A stretch of DNA of 59,594 nt, counting the filler, from Platydemus manokwari (Eukaryota), in the NCBI GenBank assembly GCA_037951405.1. It is 5 parts of 5 records of this genome, joined end to end, with 100 filler letters (N's around TTAATTAATTAA, not from the genome) between each part and the next. Parts side by side here need not be neighbours in the genome. Positions count along the whole stretch, not along the records: positions 34,195 to 48,177 come from JBBMOY011555856.1; positions 48,278 to 59,594 come from JBBMOY010768870.1; 3 more parts are not named here. One strand, written 5' to 3'. A model generated the notes under the pieces. It did not search any database. It was given only the letters and a program-made list of their open reading frames with translations, and was not told the DNA's origin. Within the stretch, counting starts at the first letter, position 1. Each line of letters opens with the position of its first letter. The position numbers and the translations under genes are program-made. Shown one piece after another: positions 37,701 to 51,836 of this stretch.

Positions 37701-39349
37701 TTTCTGATTAATAGTAATTTTCAGGTTTTACTGAATTTCGATTATGTTATCTTCAGTAGCTTTCAATATTTCAAAGTCGCACGTGGTGGACTCGATTCAA
37801 GCATAGTATAACTCATGTAAGTGTAAAACGAAAGAAAAGATCAAGTAGTACTTCCCAAAACTAGATTGAATTTAATACTAAAAGTAAAAGTTACAATTAG
37901 TTAAATTAAGAAAATAGATAATAGAAATTAAAATTACCAAGAATAATATAATAAAATCAAATAATAAAACAAACGTGTGAGTTAATATTAACATCTATAT
38001 TCAGGCATTAAATGACTAATATAACTAACAATGACAGTGATAAAAAGAATAAGTTAAAAAATACGACAGTTCAGTAGTTTAGGATTAGAGGAATATAAAG
38101 GAAGACAAAAAGAACAAGAACAAAATTCATAGGAAAATTCCAAACTAAAATTCTTAACACAAATTTAGAAAACAAATTTCAATACGAAACCTTCGCAGAT
38201 AAGTTTTATCATAAATGTTTATGCGCAAAGACTCAGAGAAGTTCATGATTGAAGTGAGTGAGTCGTTCCAAAATCAGACTTTAAAATCTACAATATTCCT
38301 ATTTATCGCGCTCTGCTCATTCATGAATCTTATTTTACATGAATACTACGAAGGGGTTAATAAATAGCAATTTTTGAGGAATCGATAAGATCAAAAACAA
38401 CCGTTGTTCCAAATTGTAAAGTTGCATGAGTTATATAAGTATTCTGTATAAATTTTCTTTTTTGTTTTAATTATTGAATGATAATATATTTTAGTATTTA
38501 AATTCGACTTTCGCTAGCTTCTTATTCGTAAAATATTTATTATAGTAAATAATAAAAATAATTTTAAGAAGCAATTGTAATATTTGTGGTTAATAATTTT
38601 TTAAAGATTCATTTGTAGTTTTAACAATGTTTAAAGTCAACGATTTTGATGTTTAAAGTAGATAATATGAATAGAAGTGCATTAACTGAGATTGACATTC
38701 AAACCAAAAAAATATTACAATATGATAGATTACACAAATGACCTTAATGTGAATACAAAGGAACTGATTAATACGACAGTGATTGAAGAACAATAAAGTC
38801 GGCACTAAAAAATAATATCTGAAAATAAAAAACGGCAAAAGACCCATACGTAACACTTGAAATGTAACTAAATTCTTTGTTTTATTGTTATTGTTATCTG
38901 TATTTTTCATTATAGCGGTTAGTCACAGTTCAAAGAGTATAAACTTTCTAGCTAAGGTAGATAGCTTTGCTAGCTCAATCTTAAAACAGTGAGTAGATTG
39001 TACAATAATTAGCAATTCTAATTGTCTTAAATCGTCAATACATTATCTTAATCAATAGTTATTGTCTTAAGAAATTAACGTTAATAACAGTCTAATTTAT
39101 AGCATATTTATTTATAAGTAAAATATTTAGCATTACTTTTGAGCAGTCCAATACCTTCAATGTTTGGACTAAGATTGTGGATTATAAACATCAATATAAA
39201 GCGATAATATTGGATATCTGTAAAATTTAATAGCCCATATGCCGGAAATTTAAAATATATCATAAAAACATTTCAAAAAACCACATGGTATTGTTTATAC
39301 AGCTTCAAAAAAATAAGAATTTCTTCGATAAAAAATAAATTAATAATAC

Positions 39350-42300
39350 CTTTTGAGATCCTTCAGGATAAAGATAGAATGTAGGAAATCTCTCAATGCG
39401 AAAATTGGTGATATCGTTTTTGTCCAAATCGATGGTGGCAATCCATATTTTGGGTTGATCTTTGTAATGTATGGCCAGATCGTACCACAAATGTCTCATT
39501 TTGACACATTGATTACATTTGTTAGAACCTTTGTTAAATAAAAATAACAATTATTTGATAATTTTGTTGGGGTAAGGGCAAAGATAATCAAATTTAAGAC
39601 GATGCAAATATTACAATCCGATGACTGGGTGTCATTTAATTTTTAGTGCTGTTTTAATGTATAATATGTTTTAAATAATGGACGGTGAAGGTCTAGATAT
39701 TGTAAAGAATATCTTGATTTTATGTCTTTTATAATTTAAATAAACAATTTTAGAAATTAATTCTTAAATAATTTGACAATTAATGATAAAAAATGGTCCT
39801 TAAATGAAATTTTAAATTTGTTAAGTGTTAAGAAGAATTTTAGTTCTTTGATATCAAATAATAAATACATCAGAGCTTAAAAATCTCCTAAAATTTTATT
39901 ATTTTAAAAAATATAAAAGCAAGTCGAATTGCAATTTATTGAAAATTAGCGAGGACCCCTTTTCTAACATTAGAACCAAATTGAGAGATATTCTCAATTT
40001 TTACAATTATTTGATAAAAATAAGCAATGATATTATTAAACATATCTGTAATAAAATAACTAGATTTATAATTATAAAAATTTGAATTTAAAAACTTAAA
40101 TAATCATATAGAAATGTTGTGATTAGAATGGGAACTTGGTTTTAAAACTATGTTTTGTCACTATTAAACATCTTAAAAAATGAGATATTAGCTGAATTAT
40201 ACTAATAAATCAAACATAGCAGTTATATATAAAATTAAGTTATAAAATTATCTCATGTGCGAAAATCCATTATAACGAAAGTAGGTCAAAGGACCCTTTT
40301 TCCTAACTTAAGCCAAATATTCTTTTCACTGGCATTGATGGAGAAATCAAATCTGTAAACTTGTCGTGTCTAATAGAACATAATTAATTATTAATAGCCA
40401 GTTGAATTCAAACTAAAACAAAATGGATTAAGATTAAATTAGGAAAATAGTGCTGAATAAACAAATACACTCCGATAAATAAATAATTAATAACCTTCAA
40501 TAAACATCATGAAGTAACATAGTACCAGGAGATCACTGAGAGTAAATAAAAGGTCCATCATTTCAAATTACTGTTATCTTGTCAAGTGAGGAAAAAATAA
40601 GTTTCAATATATTGTTTAAAAAAAAATAATGTTGTTACTGTAACATCTTTTTAGTTGTGAAAGCTTGTTCTACGTTTTATTTGAGACTGATAAAAACTGA
40701 GAAAACATCCTTCTGCCACTCTCATAGTATATGAATTATAAGTGAAGTGCGAGGTGAAAAATATACTAATTAGGACTTATACGCCTAATTCTTTGATTAG
40801 AGCTCACAGAGATGTATAAAACCGGAGTGCGGAGTCCAGGAAAGTAAAAATTATTAAAAAGGTAAACAAAAGGACTAAACGGTATGCTTTTTAAAAATGT
40901 ATTCATCGTTCACAATACATCTTGATTTCTAAACAAGTCATTGAGTTGATCAAAGTAAGAAGCGTGATATGGAGTGTCTAATATTTATATTTCAAAAATG
41001 ATCCTTATGTGAAAATGAGAAAATAAAATATAAAGAAATCACATTTACAAAAATATGCATTCAAAAGTTGCAGTGATCAATTAGCAAAGAAAGTTAAAAT
41101 ACTTCGATAATCATCTAGAAAGATAAGCAAAGAGTTTTACTACAATTACTGACAATATTATTTATGTTAAGAATATTTCGAGTTTTAAAATTTTTTCTGA
41201 ATTATTTTTGAATTCATAATGTCAGATTATTTATTGACACTGGATGCTGAAAATTATAATTGAAATCATAACGAATTACACAAACTCAACTCGTCACCAC
41301 ACACAATTAAAAAGCAACAATAGAGGTGGGATCCGAAAGTTGAGTACAAAACAGAAGCCAACCACGAATACTAGTTGTCAAAAAATCACTTATAAGTCAC
41401 ACATAATGAAAGTTACCAACCAAAAAACTGGCAGTTGCTCGTGAAATACGACCCTATTTAATTAACACACTCGCATATTGAATCTGTTTGTATCGACCCT
41501 TTGAGGTTGTTTTTGTGATCTACCAAATAATGAACAGTAACTATGAACTTTGGATTAATAAACCTAAACAGAAAACATTATTAATGTTAAAATTATTTGA
41601 AATTAATTTTGTGTTATCAGAATTGTTTTATAGTCACAGCACTTTATATTCTGATGATTTATGCACACAATTAATTATAATATTAAACTCTGACATTCTC
41701 ATTGAAACTCAAGCTGTCGTTACTCAAAAAAAGAACGAATAAAGTAATTTTTGATGATTCAATTATACTGTCACACATAAAAATGTTAGTAGTTTAATTA
41801 CTATCGTACCAACAGTGTTAAAATATACTAAATATCCTATATTCAATTATATATATATAAAGGCATTCTTATAAACGAGATATGTTAGATCATAGAGTGT
41901 AAAAGATTTACATATTACATGTCCTGTAAACAATTTGCATTTCAGATTAATAAAATAGATTAATAAAATAATCTTACATAATTGAACAAAGACAGTCCGA
42001 TTTTCATCACCAGTTACTTCGTCATAATTTTCACCTACAAGTACTTTGACAGGATATTTATTCCATCTTTGGTGCAATTTCTCTGATCGATAATACGGTG
42101 CTTGAGTACCATCAAGAACTTTACGTACGAAATCAGTCACCCGTTTTGATGTCATCTTGGAATCGATAGGATTATAAATAATTGTTCGATAATCAGGGAG
42201 CAATTTCATGAATCGATATGTAGGAGCCTGTTCTTTCTGCAAACGGAAAATGCTCAATAGATAATGAGTAGCGTGATCATCTACATTTGCGTAAATAAAT

Positions 42301-45300
42301 TTCACCTAAATTTAAGAAACGATTTCAAAAACAAGAGAAAATGTTAAATTACGAAACTAATAAAACAAAAAATTGTTTAGATATTTATAATGATGTTTTT
42401 TTCGTTATTATAATGAGATTCGAAGAATGCTTAATAATTCCGGTTTGCATTACCTTTAATCAATATCATAATATTCTCTATTATGCTAATGATCGAAATC
42501 ATGTTAATTCGAATTGATGATATTTATTTATAACTTCATTCAACATTATAATTATACTATATTTATTTATATAATTAATTCATTATTATAATAAAGATTA
42601 TGATGATTTTGTTAACAAGCTCATTGAAACAAACAGTCAATGTAGTCAATCTATGTATAACCAGTTAGTCAATCTAACTACCAGTTAGAATCGGATAGGA
42701 TATTAAATTCAACCCTCGAGTAATACGCTTACTAGTGAGTTTTAAATCTCTTCCTTTTCAGGCATATTATGTATCTATTACCATTTGACCTTATGGCAAG
42801 TGCTGTAATTTTATTTTGATTCAACACATTTGATTGTGCATTTAAAATAGCAAGTAAATTCAAGTAGCTATATACTGATGAGCCCAAATCACCTAAATAT
42901 ACAGAATGATAATATAAAAATTTACAGATTTTGAAAACTTTTCCAAAATCCTTAATTGGCGTTTGTGCCAACTTATATACTAAGTCTTGTATCATCACAA
43001 GGTCATAAGCCACACTGAATCACAAACCGTAAATGTCAGGACAAAGAGCTTTATTTTTGATTAGTCAGAGTAAGAAAAACCGGCTTCCCTATAGCAAACG
43101 TCCTAAGAGAGATTAAATAAATGCCTTGTTATTGCAGGAATAAAGGATCAATTAAAACTAAAGATAAATACAATCATCCTATATAAGTAGACTTCTTGAA
43201 GCCATTTCCACACAAATTAGGACACTCAGAAAGTACACAAATGTTTTTTGATTTTCAAACAAAATAGTAAACAATAATTTTACGATCATTCAAAGCAAGT
43301 ACAAAAATTAGCAGACAAGTTCACTGAATAACCTTTCATTTACAAAGCAAAATTACTGAGTCAGCTTACTATCTGTTCAGTCAATCGTGGCGTGTAGATT
43401 CAAAGATATTATAATCAATCATAATCATACGTTATTTCACCTCCTCGATATCAAAGAAGTCATTCAGCACATGACATTTACCGAGAAAATTATTAGATTG
43501 CGCAACTATTACAAGAAGCATGGCTCTTGAATCAAGATACAAATCAAAGTAAATTTCTATAATTAATTACTAGAAACAGGGCTGCTTCTGCTTATAGTGT
43601 CTAAAGCCAATTAAGGTCAGTAAATATTCTTCACACTTTCATCGTGTTTTAGTGGTCGTTTGACGAAAGAAGTGATGTTGATTTTCTAAAGAATATATCA
43701 CACTTTGTCAATTAAAATCCATGTTATTCCCAATGTTGTTTATTATACTTAATTTTTTTTCATATTTGGTAAATTTCATTGAATTGTTTCATAATTATTG
43801 ATTTTACTCAATCATTTTAAACCTTGATTTTATTCGGCCTTTTGTCAATAATGTTAATTCATTTTGTATTATTCAAAATATAAAATACTTCCACCCATTA
43901 TTATAGTTATAATGTATGGATTGGAGACAGATTTAGGAGAATTTACCTTCTAGCTTAGAATTCTTTTGAAAATTGTTGATTTATACTTAGAGTTCTAATC
44001 CATTCACTTATCCCAAGTTATTGGTTAGAACTCGTTCAGATATATCATCCTTAATAACCAAAATTAAATGCGACATCAACTTTTGAAACTCTTAACATTG
44101 CCAAATATTTTGTATATACAAAAATTAAATGAGAAATTTTAGAATTCATTTAAACACATTTTTAACCCTCTAAATTATAATTAATAAACTGCAATCAAAT
44201 CAAGACAATAGAGAATTATAATGAAAAAGTTATTCTTCGTGGAAGATCTCGTTATGTGGTAATTTTCATTGGAACTGTATTTTAGATAAATCTTTAACTG
44301 ACTAATGAAAATATTCAATATTAATATCAAATCTAACATTTCAAATCAGAGTTATAATAAGGCATACGTTATATAAAATTAAAGATGAACTAAAATAATT
44401 AAGCCGGGTTAAAGTGCAGAAAATCAGGGGAGAAAATAGATATTTTAGAATGGCAGATTTTGGAATATACAATAAAAAAGAAATTTAAATGACGAAACGA
44501 TTTACGAAAACGAAAAAAACAAATTTTAATCAAATATTTTGAGTAAACAATTTTAAATAATCTAGTCTAAAGGTACTGAAACACCTCGCATAATAAAATT
44601 ACAATAAAAACAATCAAAATTAGATCAGTACTAAATTTACATTTTTTCAAAAGCTAACAGATGAAACTGATTTCTTAATTAAGACAGAACTGTTACCGTT
44701 GACTAAATACCATGTTTGAAAGAAGACTTCAAGCTACAAGAATTGATTCGAGAACTATTCAAAGTATTTAATTATTTTATTGCATTAAGTTAAAAATAAG
44801 TAACTATACGTTATTAGTTATTTAATTATTTGCGTTTTATTAATTTAAAATCAAATTCGATGTCAATTTTTCCATTTGGAGATCTTCCGATATCTCCATC
44901 TAGTTATCTTGTGGCTATCTGCTTGCACAGTTTGCAATTTTCTGTTCTTTAAAACTGTCCAAATTTTCATTTATTAAAATAAATCTAATTAAAACTGTAT
45001 TGAGTCTGTTAATAACTATAGACACAAAATGAAACAGTTTTTTAAAATTCATTTTGATTTAGCCAAATTAACGATCAATTCGGGTCTCATTGTTGCCATC
45101 AATTCATATAGCACAGCAACTAATAGATAAATTCCTCACACATATTACTGAAGTCTTATAGAACCAGTGATAGCTGATATAAAATACCCTCCCGTAACAT
45201 TGATCAAACGATATCTATTTCATTGTTAACCAAGTTGAGTATTCAATTATATTCAATTCGATAGTGGTTTCTGTTTATCTCTATTTAATGATAAGTAATA

Positions 45301-47743
45301 TTTCAACTGTAATTATAATAAATGGTGATTACTTTACTAATGAGAGTTCAAAAATGTCTTGTTTGAAATGAATGAAGGGTTGCGGTTAAGCTTAGAAAAA
45401 ATAGGTTTGATAAAAATGAAGGCAGCATTTCAAGCGCGAGAGTTTTAATTAAAGTTGCATTATTATTTGTATTATTCCAAGCTAAACTAACAATTTCTGT
45501 TTCAAAAATCAAATTTAAATAAAACCTTTCCCAAAAAATTCTTTGATGATTTCTGAAAGAGCATTTTATGTAAAGTGAACTTTTTATGATTTGAATCTAT
45601 CAAACCAATCAGATAATTCTGAATGCTAATATCAAACGCTTCTGGTATTTTCGAGATTTTATCGTAGAATTGAGTCAGATATGGTGTAGAATATTTGCGA
45701 ATAAACATCGTGATATTCTCTTTCGTGATGTTACCACTGTAATGAACTTCAGGTTCATCAAACTAAATAAGAGCTTTTATCACAGAATAACAAGAAATTT
45801 ATCACGTGTACCTGCCTGAACGCAATAATATGAGCATCAGTTTTTATCATATATTCTTCGAAAAGACTGCCATTTGTGACAATTGCCCATGATAAAGATT
45901 CGTGTGTTTTAGCAGTTCCTTTGAAGATTATACATTCTGGTGCCGAGATATTCTTTAATTTTCAATAAAATTTATGTTAAAATTAAAATTAATTTGTTAA
46001 AAGAAATATTTAAAACATTAATTACTTATTTTTTTTATTAAAATAATATTTTTTAAAAGGCATTTGTTTGTTATATATTAGAATTATTTTTATTAGAAAT
46101 AGTCTCTTAAAATTTATAAGTTTTAAAAAAGTTGTGGATAATTATTTTTTCTCTTCGATTTCTTTTAAATTGCTCAGATCTCTGCTTTACCAATAATTTT
46201 ATGCGTAACTTTTTCTATCGTAGAAAAAAATAGAAAAAGATAGACCACTTCATAAGTGATAATTATTAAATAAATCATGTTTTCAGATAATTAGCTTAGA
46301 TTTAATATAAAATTATTGCAAAATATTTTTGTAATCTTCTTAACTTTTCTTATTATTGTTGAAATAAAAAAATAATAATAACAATATTCTATAAATTCAT
46401 TAGAGTTATATATTTTATGTTATTTTTTCATTTTCAGATTTAATAATGATAGAATTTGATGATATCTAAAATGATTTAATAGCTATGAGGGTTGAGACAT
46501 GGTTATATTATTCAACCAATATCAGGCCCTTCATAGTGTCTTAGCGTAGGGTGCGTGCATAAAAATACAAAAAAAGAAGGCATCAGTTAACTTTTATTTA
46601 CAAATACAATGATATTATTAAATTTATTATAAATTTTGTATTGTGGCGGTGACGTGCCCTGAAGATAAGGAAAAAACCAATGTTGGGAACTATTGCCACT
46701 TCTGGTGAAAAAAGAAGTCAGCGGAGAAGAAGGTCAAATGTCCTTCGAGAACTTTGACACGGTTAATTAAGTAATAATTCCATTTCGGGAAATATTAACA
46801 TAATATAATTTAATAAAAAATTACTCATTGTTCCTTTTAAAACTGATTGCTTGCGAATTTATCGGCAATAATTTGCCTAAAATAATGTGTGCAATTTTAT
46901 CCTGCATTAATATTAATTTTATATTAGTTAATTAGTTAAATTTGGTTGGAACTGCATTGATGGAACAAATGATATAACATAAGTTACATAAACAATTAAG
47001 TTAACATTTATGGTTAACATTAGACTTATTATTTTAAGTTCATTTAAGATGGCTCACTACTTGAATTTAGTTTTTAACAAACTTTCATCAATAATCAATA
47101 AATTTCCATAAGTTTTTATAAAATTCGGTTAATATCATCATTTTCGGTAAGAACGTGTAAAATGCACATTTATCGATCTTAAACAAATTATTATCAAACC
47201 AAGAAAACTGGCTACCTTGAAAAACCCTACAAGAGAAAATATTTCATTCTTTATAACTTCTTTCAGGGTGTCGGATTGGTGAATAAGAACAAAATCACCA
47301 TCAAATGAGGAAATAACCCAATACACAAATGGCAACACCATCTTATTTCCTAGAAATTCGTGCAATTTCTTTTCTTTAATCAATTTGATACTCGGTATAC
47401 CAGAAATCTCATAATCTTGAATTATCTTTGGATTTTGTTTGCAATTCAAACTGGCTATATAAATGTCAAGTTTTAAATCTTGAATAACTTTTGCTGCAGC
47501 AGAGAAAACTGGTTCAAATGTTTTGCATTGTTCACATTTGTCAGCATCTGTAGAAGTCAAATGACAAATGAATTCTTAATAATATAAGTTACAGAAATTG
47601 ATTAGCAGAAATTTATGCTGAATAACTGCCTTCTTAATACTGATTGCATCAAGATAATTAATGTGGGAATAGTTTTCGAATAAACCACTAATAATATTTA
47701 TAAATAAAGAGAAAATAGAAATAATCGGAAACAAGTAACACAT
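39350..47743 (-). CDS. Protein disulfide isomerase family (a-b-b'-a') with atypical active sites; exons 47743-47593, 47547-47216, 45952-45812, 45762-45526, 42305-41978, 39528-39350; last exon unresolved
   Basis: All junctions are GT-AG and phase-compatible. Signal peptide MCYLFPIISIFSLFINIISG; a domain LLINFYADKCEQCKTFEP...GIPSIKL; b domain FDEPEVHYSG; PYYRSEKL...PVKVLVGENYDEV...VFVQLCSNKCNQCVKM...IATIDLDKND...FPTFYLYP. Confidence 0.9.
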
Positions 47744-48177
47744 AATTAATAAATCGCAACCACCAATTTAAACAAAAATAATTGTGTTACAATAAAATCA
47801 TTTTGGGATTGCAATTATATTTATTAGAAACCATTATTGACAACAAATTAACATGTTATTATCGAATGATTTTAAGCATTGTTTTTATATTTACTTTCAA
47901 ACTATCAAAAATAAATAATTTTGCATAAAAAATTCATGATCACGATGTTAAAATTAAACTATTAAAAATCAATAAATTTTATGAATTTAAATGAAATATC
48001 TTATAGCTTAATAAATGATTGAAAAAAATTTTTAGAGCCATTATTATTGTAATTTATCCGTGCTTCTTTACAAAGGATTTCATTCTAATCAGCAAGTTTT
48101 TAGAATATTCCCGTATAAACCTACTTCCTAATAATAATAGAAGAATAATTAATTTAATGCTGCAAAGTTGTTGGAAA

Positions 48178-48277
48178 NNNNNNNNNNNNNNNNNNNNNNN
48201 NNNNNNNNNNNNNNNNNNNNNTTAATTAATTAANNNNNNNNNNNNNNNNNNNNNNNNNNNNNNNNNNNNNNNNNNNN
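48178..48277. other. Assembly gap linker
   Basis: N-TTAATTAATTAA-N. Confidence 0.98.
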
Positions 48278-49188
48278 GCTTCTAATGTTAAATAACGGAG
48301 TCATGACTAGTTTTCAATAAATTGCAATTCGACCTACTTTGATACCTTTTTCAATTAATCCAATTTTAAGAGATTTTCAGGTTCTAATGTATTTAATATT
48401 GTATATCAAACAACAAAAATTCTTGATAAGTACTTAAAGAAAATATTCAAAATGTTTATAAAGAATTTGATTAAATAAACTACATAGATTTTGCACTGCA
48501 TTAAATAAATTTAAAGAATTATTTTTGGATCCCTTTTCTTAACTTTAACCAATTTCTCCAATAATAGATTAAATCTACTCAAATGAATTCACTTAGCATT
48601 ATCAGTGGAGAAAAACTATAAATACGAAATCACTCTGGACAAAATTCAGAACATAAATTTTAAAGTGATAAAACAAGCAAAAATATTTAAATTGTTCCAT
48701 GATTGATTACGGAGATAGAACTACCATTACAGAAAATTAAATTAAATTAAAAGACTATTAAAAATAAGAAACATTGTCACTTGAAATCACTTGTCAAAAT
48801 GGGTGAAGAGAAGTAAATGCCGTCCTACTTCATTATGAAACAATGGAAGATTGGAAATTAGGTTCCAACAGATTCCTTTTGGACTTTATGAAATGATGAA
48901 TTAATAAAATTATAAACTAAACTCTTTTTGGAGATTGATATAAGTTGAAAAAGACTGAAATCAATAATGCTTACCATGAATTTACTTGTTAGCTGATTGA
49001 ATAAAAATTACGTTTGAAAATAAATGCCAGTAATGTTATATATAAATCCGCTTATCGGTGAATTCCTTAAGGATCACAAGAGAACCGACGTTTACTTTGA
49101 AATCAAAGTAAATTATTTGCGAAAAAATAATGCGTGATGATAGTTTATATGATGGTTGTTAATGAATTTGGATTTATAGTGTTTTTAA

Positions 49189-49221
49189 ATATCTATGGTT
49201 ACATGTGGTTTCCATGGTAAC
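49189..49221. promoter_or_regulatory. Candidate RFX X-box (plus adjacent weaker X-box)
   Basis: GTTTCCATGGTAAC at 49208-49221 matches the GTNNCCATRGNAAC consensus. 49189-49202 reads GTAACCATAGATAT on the minus strand. Confidence 0.55.
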
Positions 49222-49764
49222 AAGAATTATAAAAATTTTAAATTTAATACCAATATGTTCTGTTCTTAGTTGACCTTAAATCCAACAAATATGCTGGATT
49301 TCATTGATCAGTGATTCGATTCCATCAACTAGAGCCCATTTGAATCGAACTTAATGAAAATATAATTCATGGAATGAAGAAAACCTAACAAATGACGATA
49401 TCGTTTAAATAGCCCCTATATTTCATTATCTATTTATATATGTATATATATACATATTTTGCTTAAAAATTTCTTCAAATTTATTATAAAATCAATTATC
49501 TTTATTTTAGACTTTAGTTTAACAGGTAATTATTATCAAAGCTTCACTGATCATTTGAATATAAAAAGTTTTATTCTCTCTATCCCTAATAAAACATTTT
49601 TAATTGTTTCTATTGTGACATATCGATCATTTATATGCCTTGACGTTTTTATTTATAATAATCATCAATTAAAAGCATTAATCCCGTGAAATTGAAGTTT
49701 TTGTTAATTGATTTTTGGCTTAATCACGAAATTTGTATCAACATTTCCAATATTTTGATAATTA

Positions 49765-50934
49765 TTGGGTTGGTGCATAAGTTCGTGCGATTTTTTACAA
49801 TTATGAAAAATGCCAAAAATGCCAGATAAAAAATGAATTTATGAAATCATTTGAAAAAATATATATCTCAGTCTCAATCGGTAAGATGTTATCCCCCATA
49901 ATCGATCTCCTTCTTCCACTTTTCTGGCAGTTTGTCAATCCTATATTTGAAGAAGCTTAGTGATTTTTGGTCGAAAAATTCTTCAATTCACGTTGTTATT
50001 GCTTCTTCATTCGACATGGAGCGGAAAATATGAAAATATGTTCGGGCAAACTCTGCAAATATGGAGACCGTGGAAGAACTTCCCAGCTAAGCTCTTCAAT
50101 AGCCAGCTTTGTCATTTTGGCAACATGAGGCCGAGCATTGACATGCTGTAAAATTATCTATTTCTTATTGGTCTTCTTCGCTTTGATTGCAGTGTTTACT
50201 CGGTTGAGCTGTTCACAATAAACTTTGGCACTAATTGTTTGGTTTCTTGGCGAGATTTCGCAATGAGTAACACCAACTTGGTCCCACTAAACACAACACA
50301 AGATTTTGCGTTGCCGAACATACAGGCGCTATACAGGATCCTGGAAAGGAAAGACTGGCGTTGCTGCAACGAGCAAATTGATGACGAATGAGTAAAGATA
50401 CAGAAATCAAAACACATTGATTTTTGTGACTTTCTTTCAGAAGATGAGGTACCCATTTTCTTGAGTTGTCCAGAAATAGTGGTGTCATCACAATCCATGG
50501 CTTGTCCAAGTGATCGCGTTGATTGAAGCGGATCATCATGAATCAATTGGTTCAAAAAGTCTTCATCAAAGTCACTAGGTCGGCCTGATCGAAGTTTATT
50601 GTTTAAATCAAAATTTCCACTGTTAAATTTAGAAAACCACTTATATGATGTTCGTTCACTGATTGCCTTTTCTCAATAAACGCAACAAGTCATTCTAGTG
50701 GCTTCTACATCTTTTAAATGTTGATTAAAATAAAAAAGGAGTAGATGCCGAAAATGTTCTTTTTTTATCTCCCTGATACTCCATTTTAATTGGGGTAATG
50801 GAAGTGAAAGTTATTCTAAAAAGATTTAAATGGATAATTTAGCTGAATGAGTATAACTCAAATTAGTTAGAAAAAGAAGTTGGTGTACTTTTTTTTCAAG
50901 AAATAAAACCGCACGAATTTATGCACCAACCCAA
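49765..50934 (-). mobile_element. Mariner transposon (mellifera-like), internally deleted, non-autonomous
   Basis: ~30-bp TIRs TTGGGTTGGTGCATAAGTTCGTGCGATTTT / AAAACCGCACGAATTTATGCACCAACCCAA with TA on both sides. Transposase from ATG 50784: MEYQGDKKEHFRHLLLFYFN...KWFSKF...RSGRP...WVPHLL, with stops, frameshifts and deletions. Confidence 0.96.
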
Positions 50935-51822
50935 TATTACAATGCCATAATCCCAATAAACAGTTAATTAAAACAAAATGCATATATTTTCACATGCCAT
51001 AGCCTGTTTATTGTTAGGATTTCAATTAAATATTAGCTTCAATTTAATAATTAAAAAGCTCATACTCGTGAATTATATGAAACGCGCGGTTTACATTCTC
51101 AAAGTAAACATGAAAACATATCTCTGTGATAATCATTATTGAAAAATCTTAAAAATCTAAAACAAATAAAAACAAAAAACCTTTCAGTAAAAATTGAACT
51201 ATCATCAAAAAAAGTTTGACATGTTGGATCAATTATGGCATTGTTATCTTGTGATTTTTGGCAGTCCGGATTAAATTTTATATTTGATTTTTATATCCAT
51301 AAAATCTGTTTTCATAATTTTAAGCCGTTTAAATCGAAAGATTGTTTGAATATTTTCAGTCATGAGCATTAAAGCATTTTGATAAAATTATTAATGTAAT
51401 TATTCTTATCAATAACTAATTAAATATTTGATTGAATTCCAATAAATTCAATTTATTTCTACTTTATTAAGTAAAAATTCTGAGTCCGTGATTGTAATTT
51501 TAAATATTAATTAAAATATTAATTTTAAACTGCACAATTAATTTAGGCTAATACCGAAACTGTTATTCGTTTGTTTTAAATACAATTGAAATGTTTTGTA
51601 TTTACTTATCAATTATCAAAAAAAAATGAAAATTTTAAATTCGACATCAAGAAAATCATTGAAATACAATAATTAAAATATTTTCTTCTGTTCGTGAATC
51701 TAACTAGATTTAATTTAAATTTCCTAACCTTTAATTCTATTCATAATTGCTAACAAATATATTTCCTGGTAATAATTTAAAATACATTAGCAAATAAACT
51801 GTTATTATCATTAGTATGTAAC

Positions 51823-51836
51823 GTAACCATGGTAAC
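51823..51836. promoter_or_regulatory. Candidate RFX X-box
   Basis: GTAACCATGGTAAC matches the X-box consensus; the associated gene was not identified. Confidence 0.45.

Noticed and set aside
39110-39302. Candidate last exon(s) of the PDI gene
   Set aside because: The acceptor at 39303 gives only LYKQYHVVF*, and alternatives are phase-incompatible; left unresolved.
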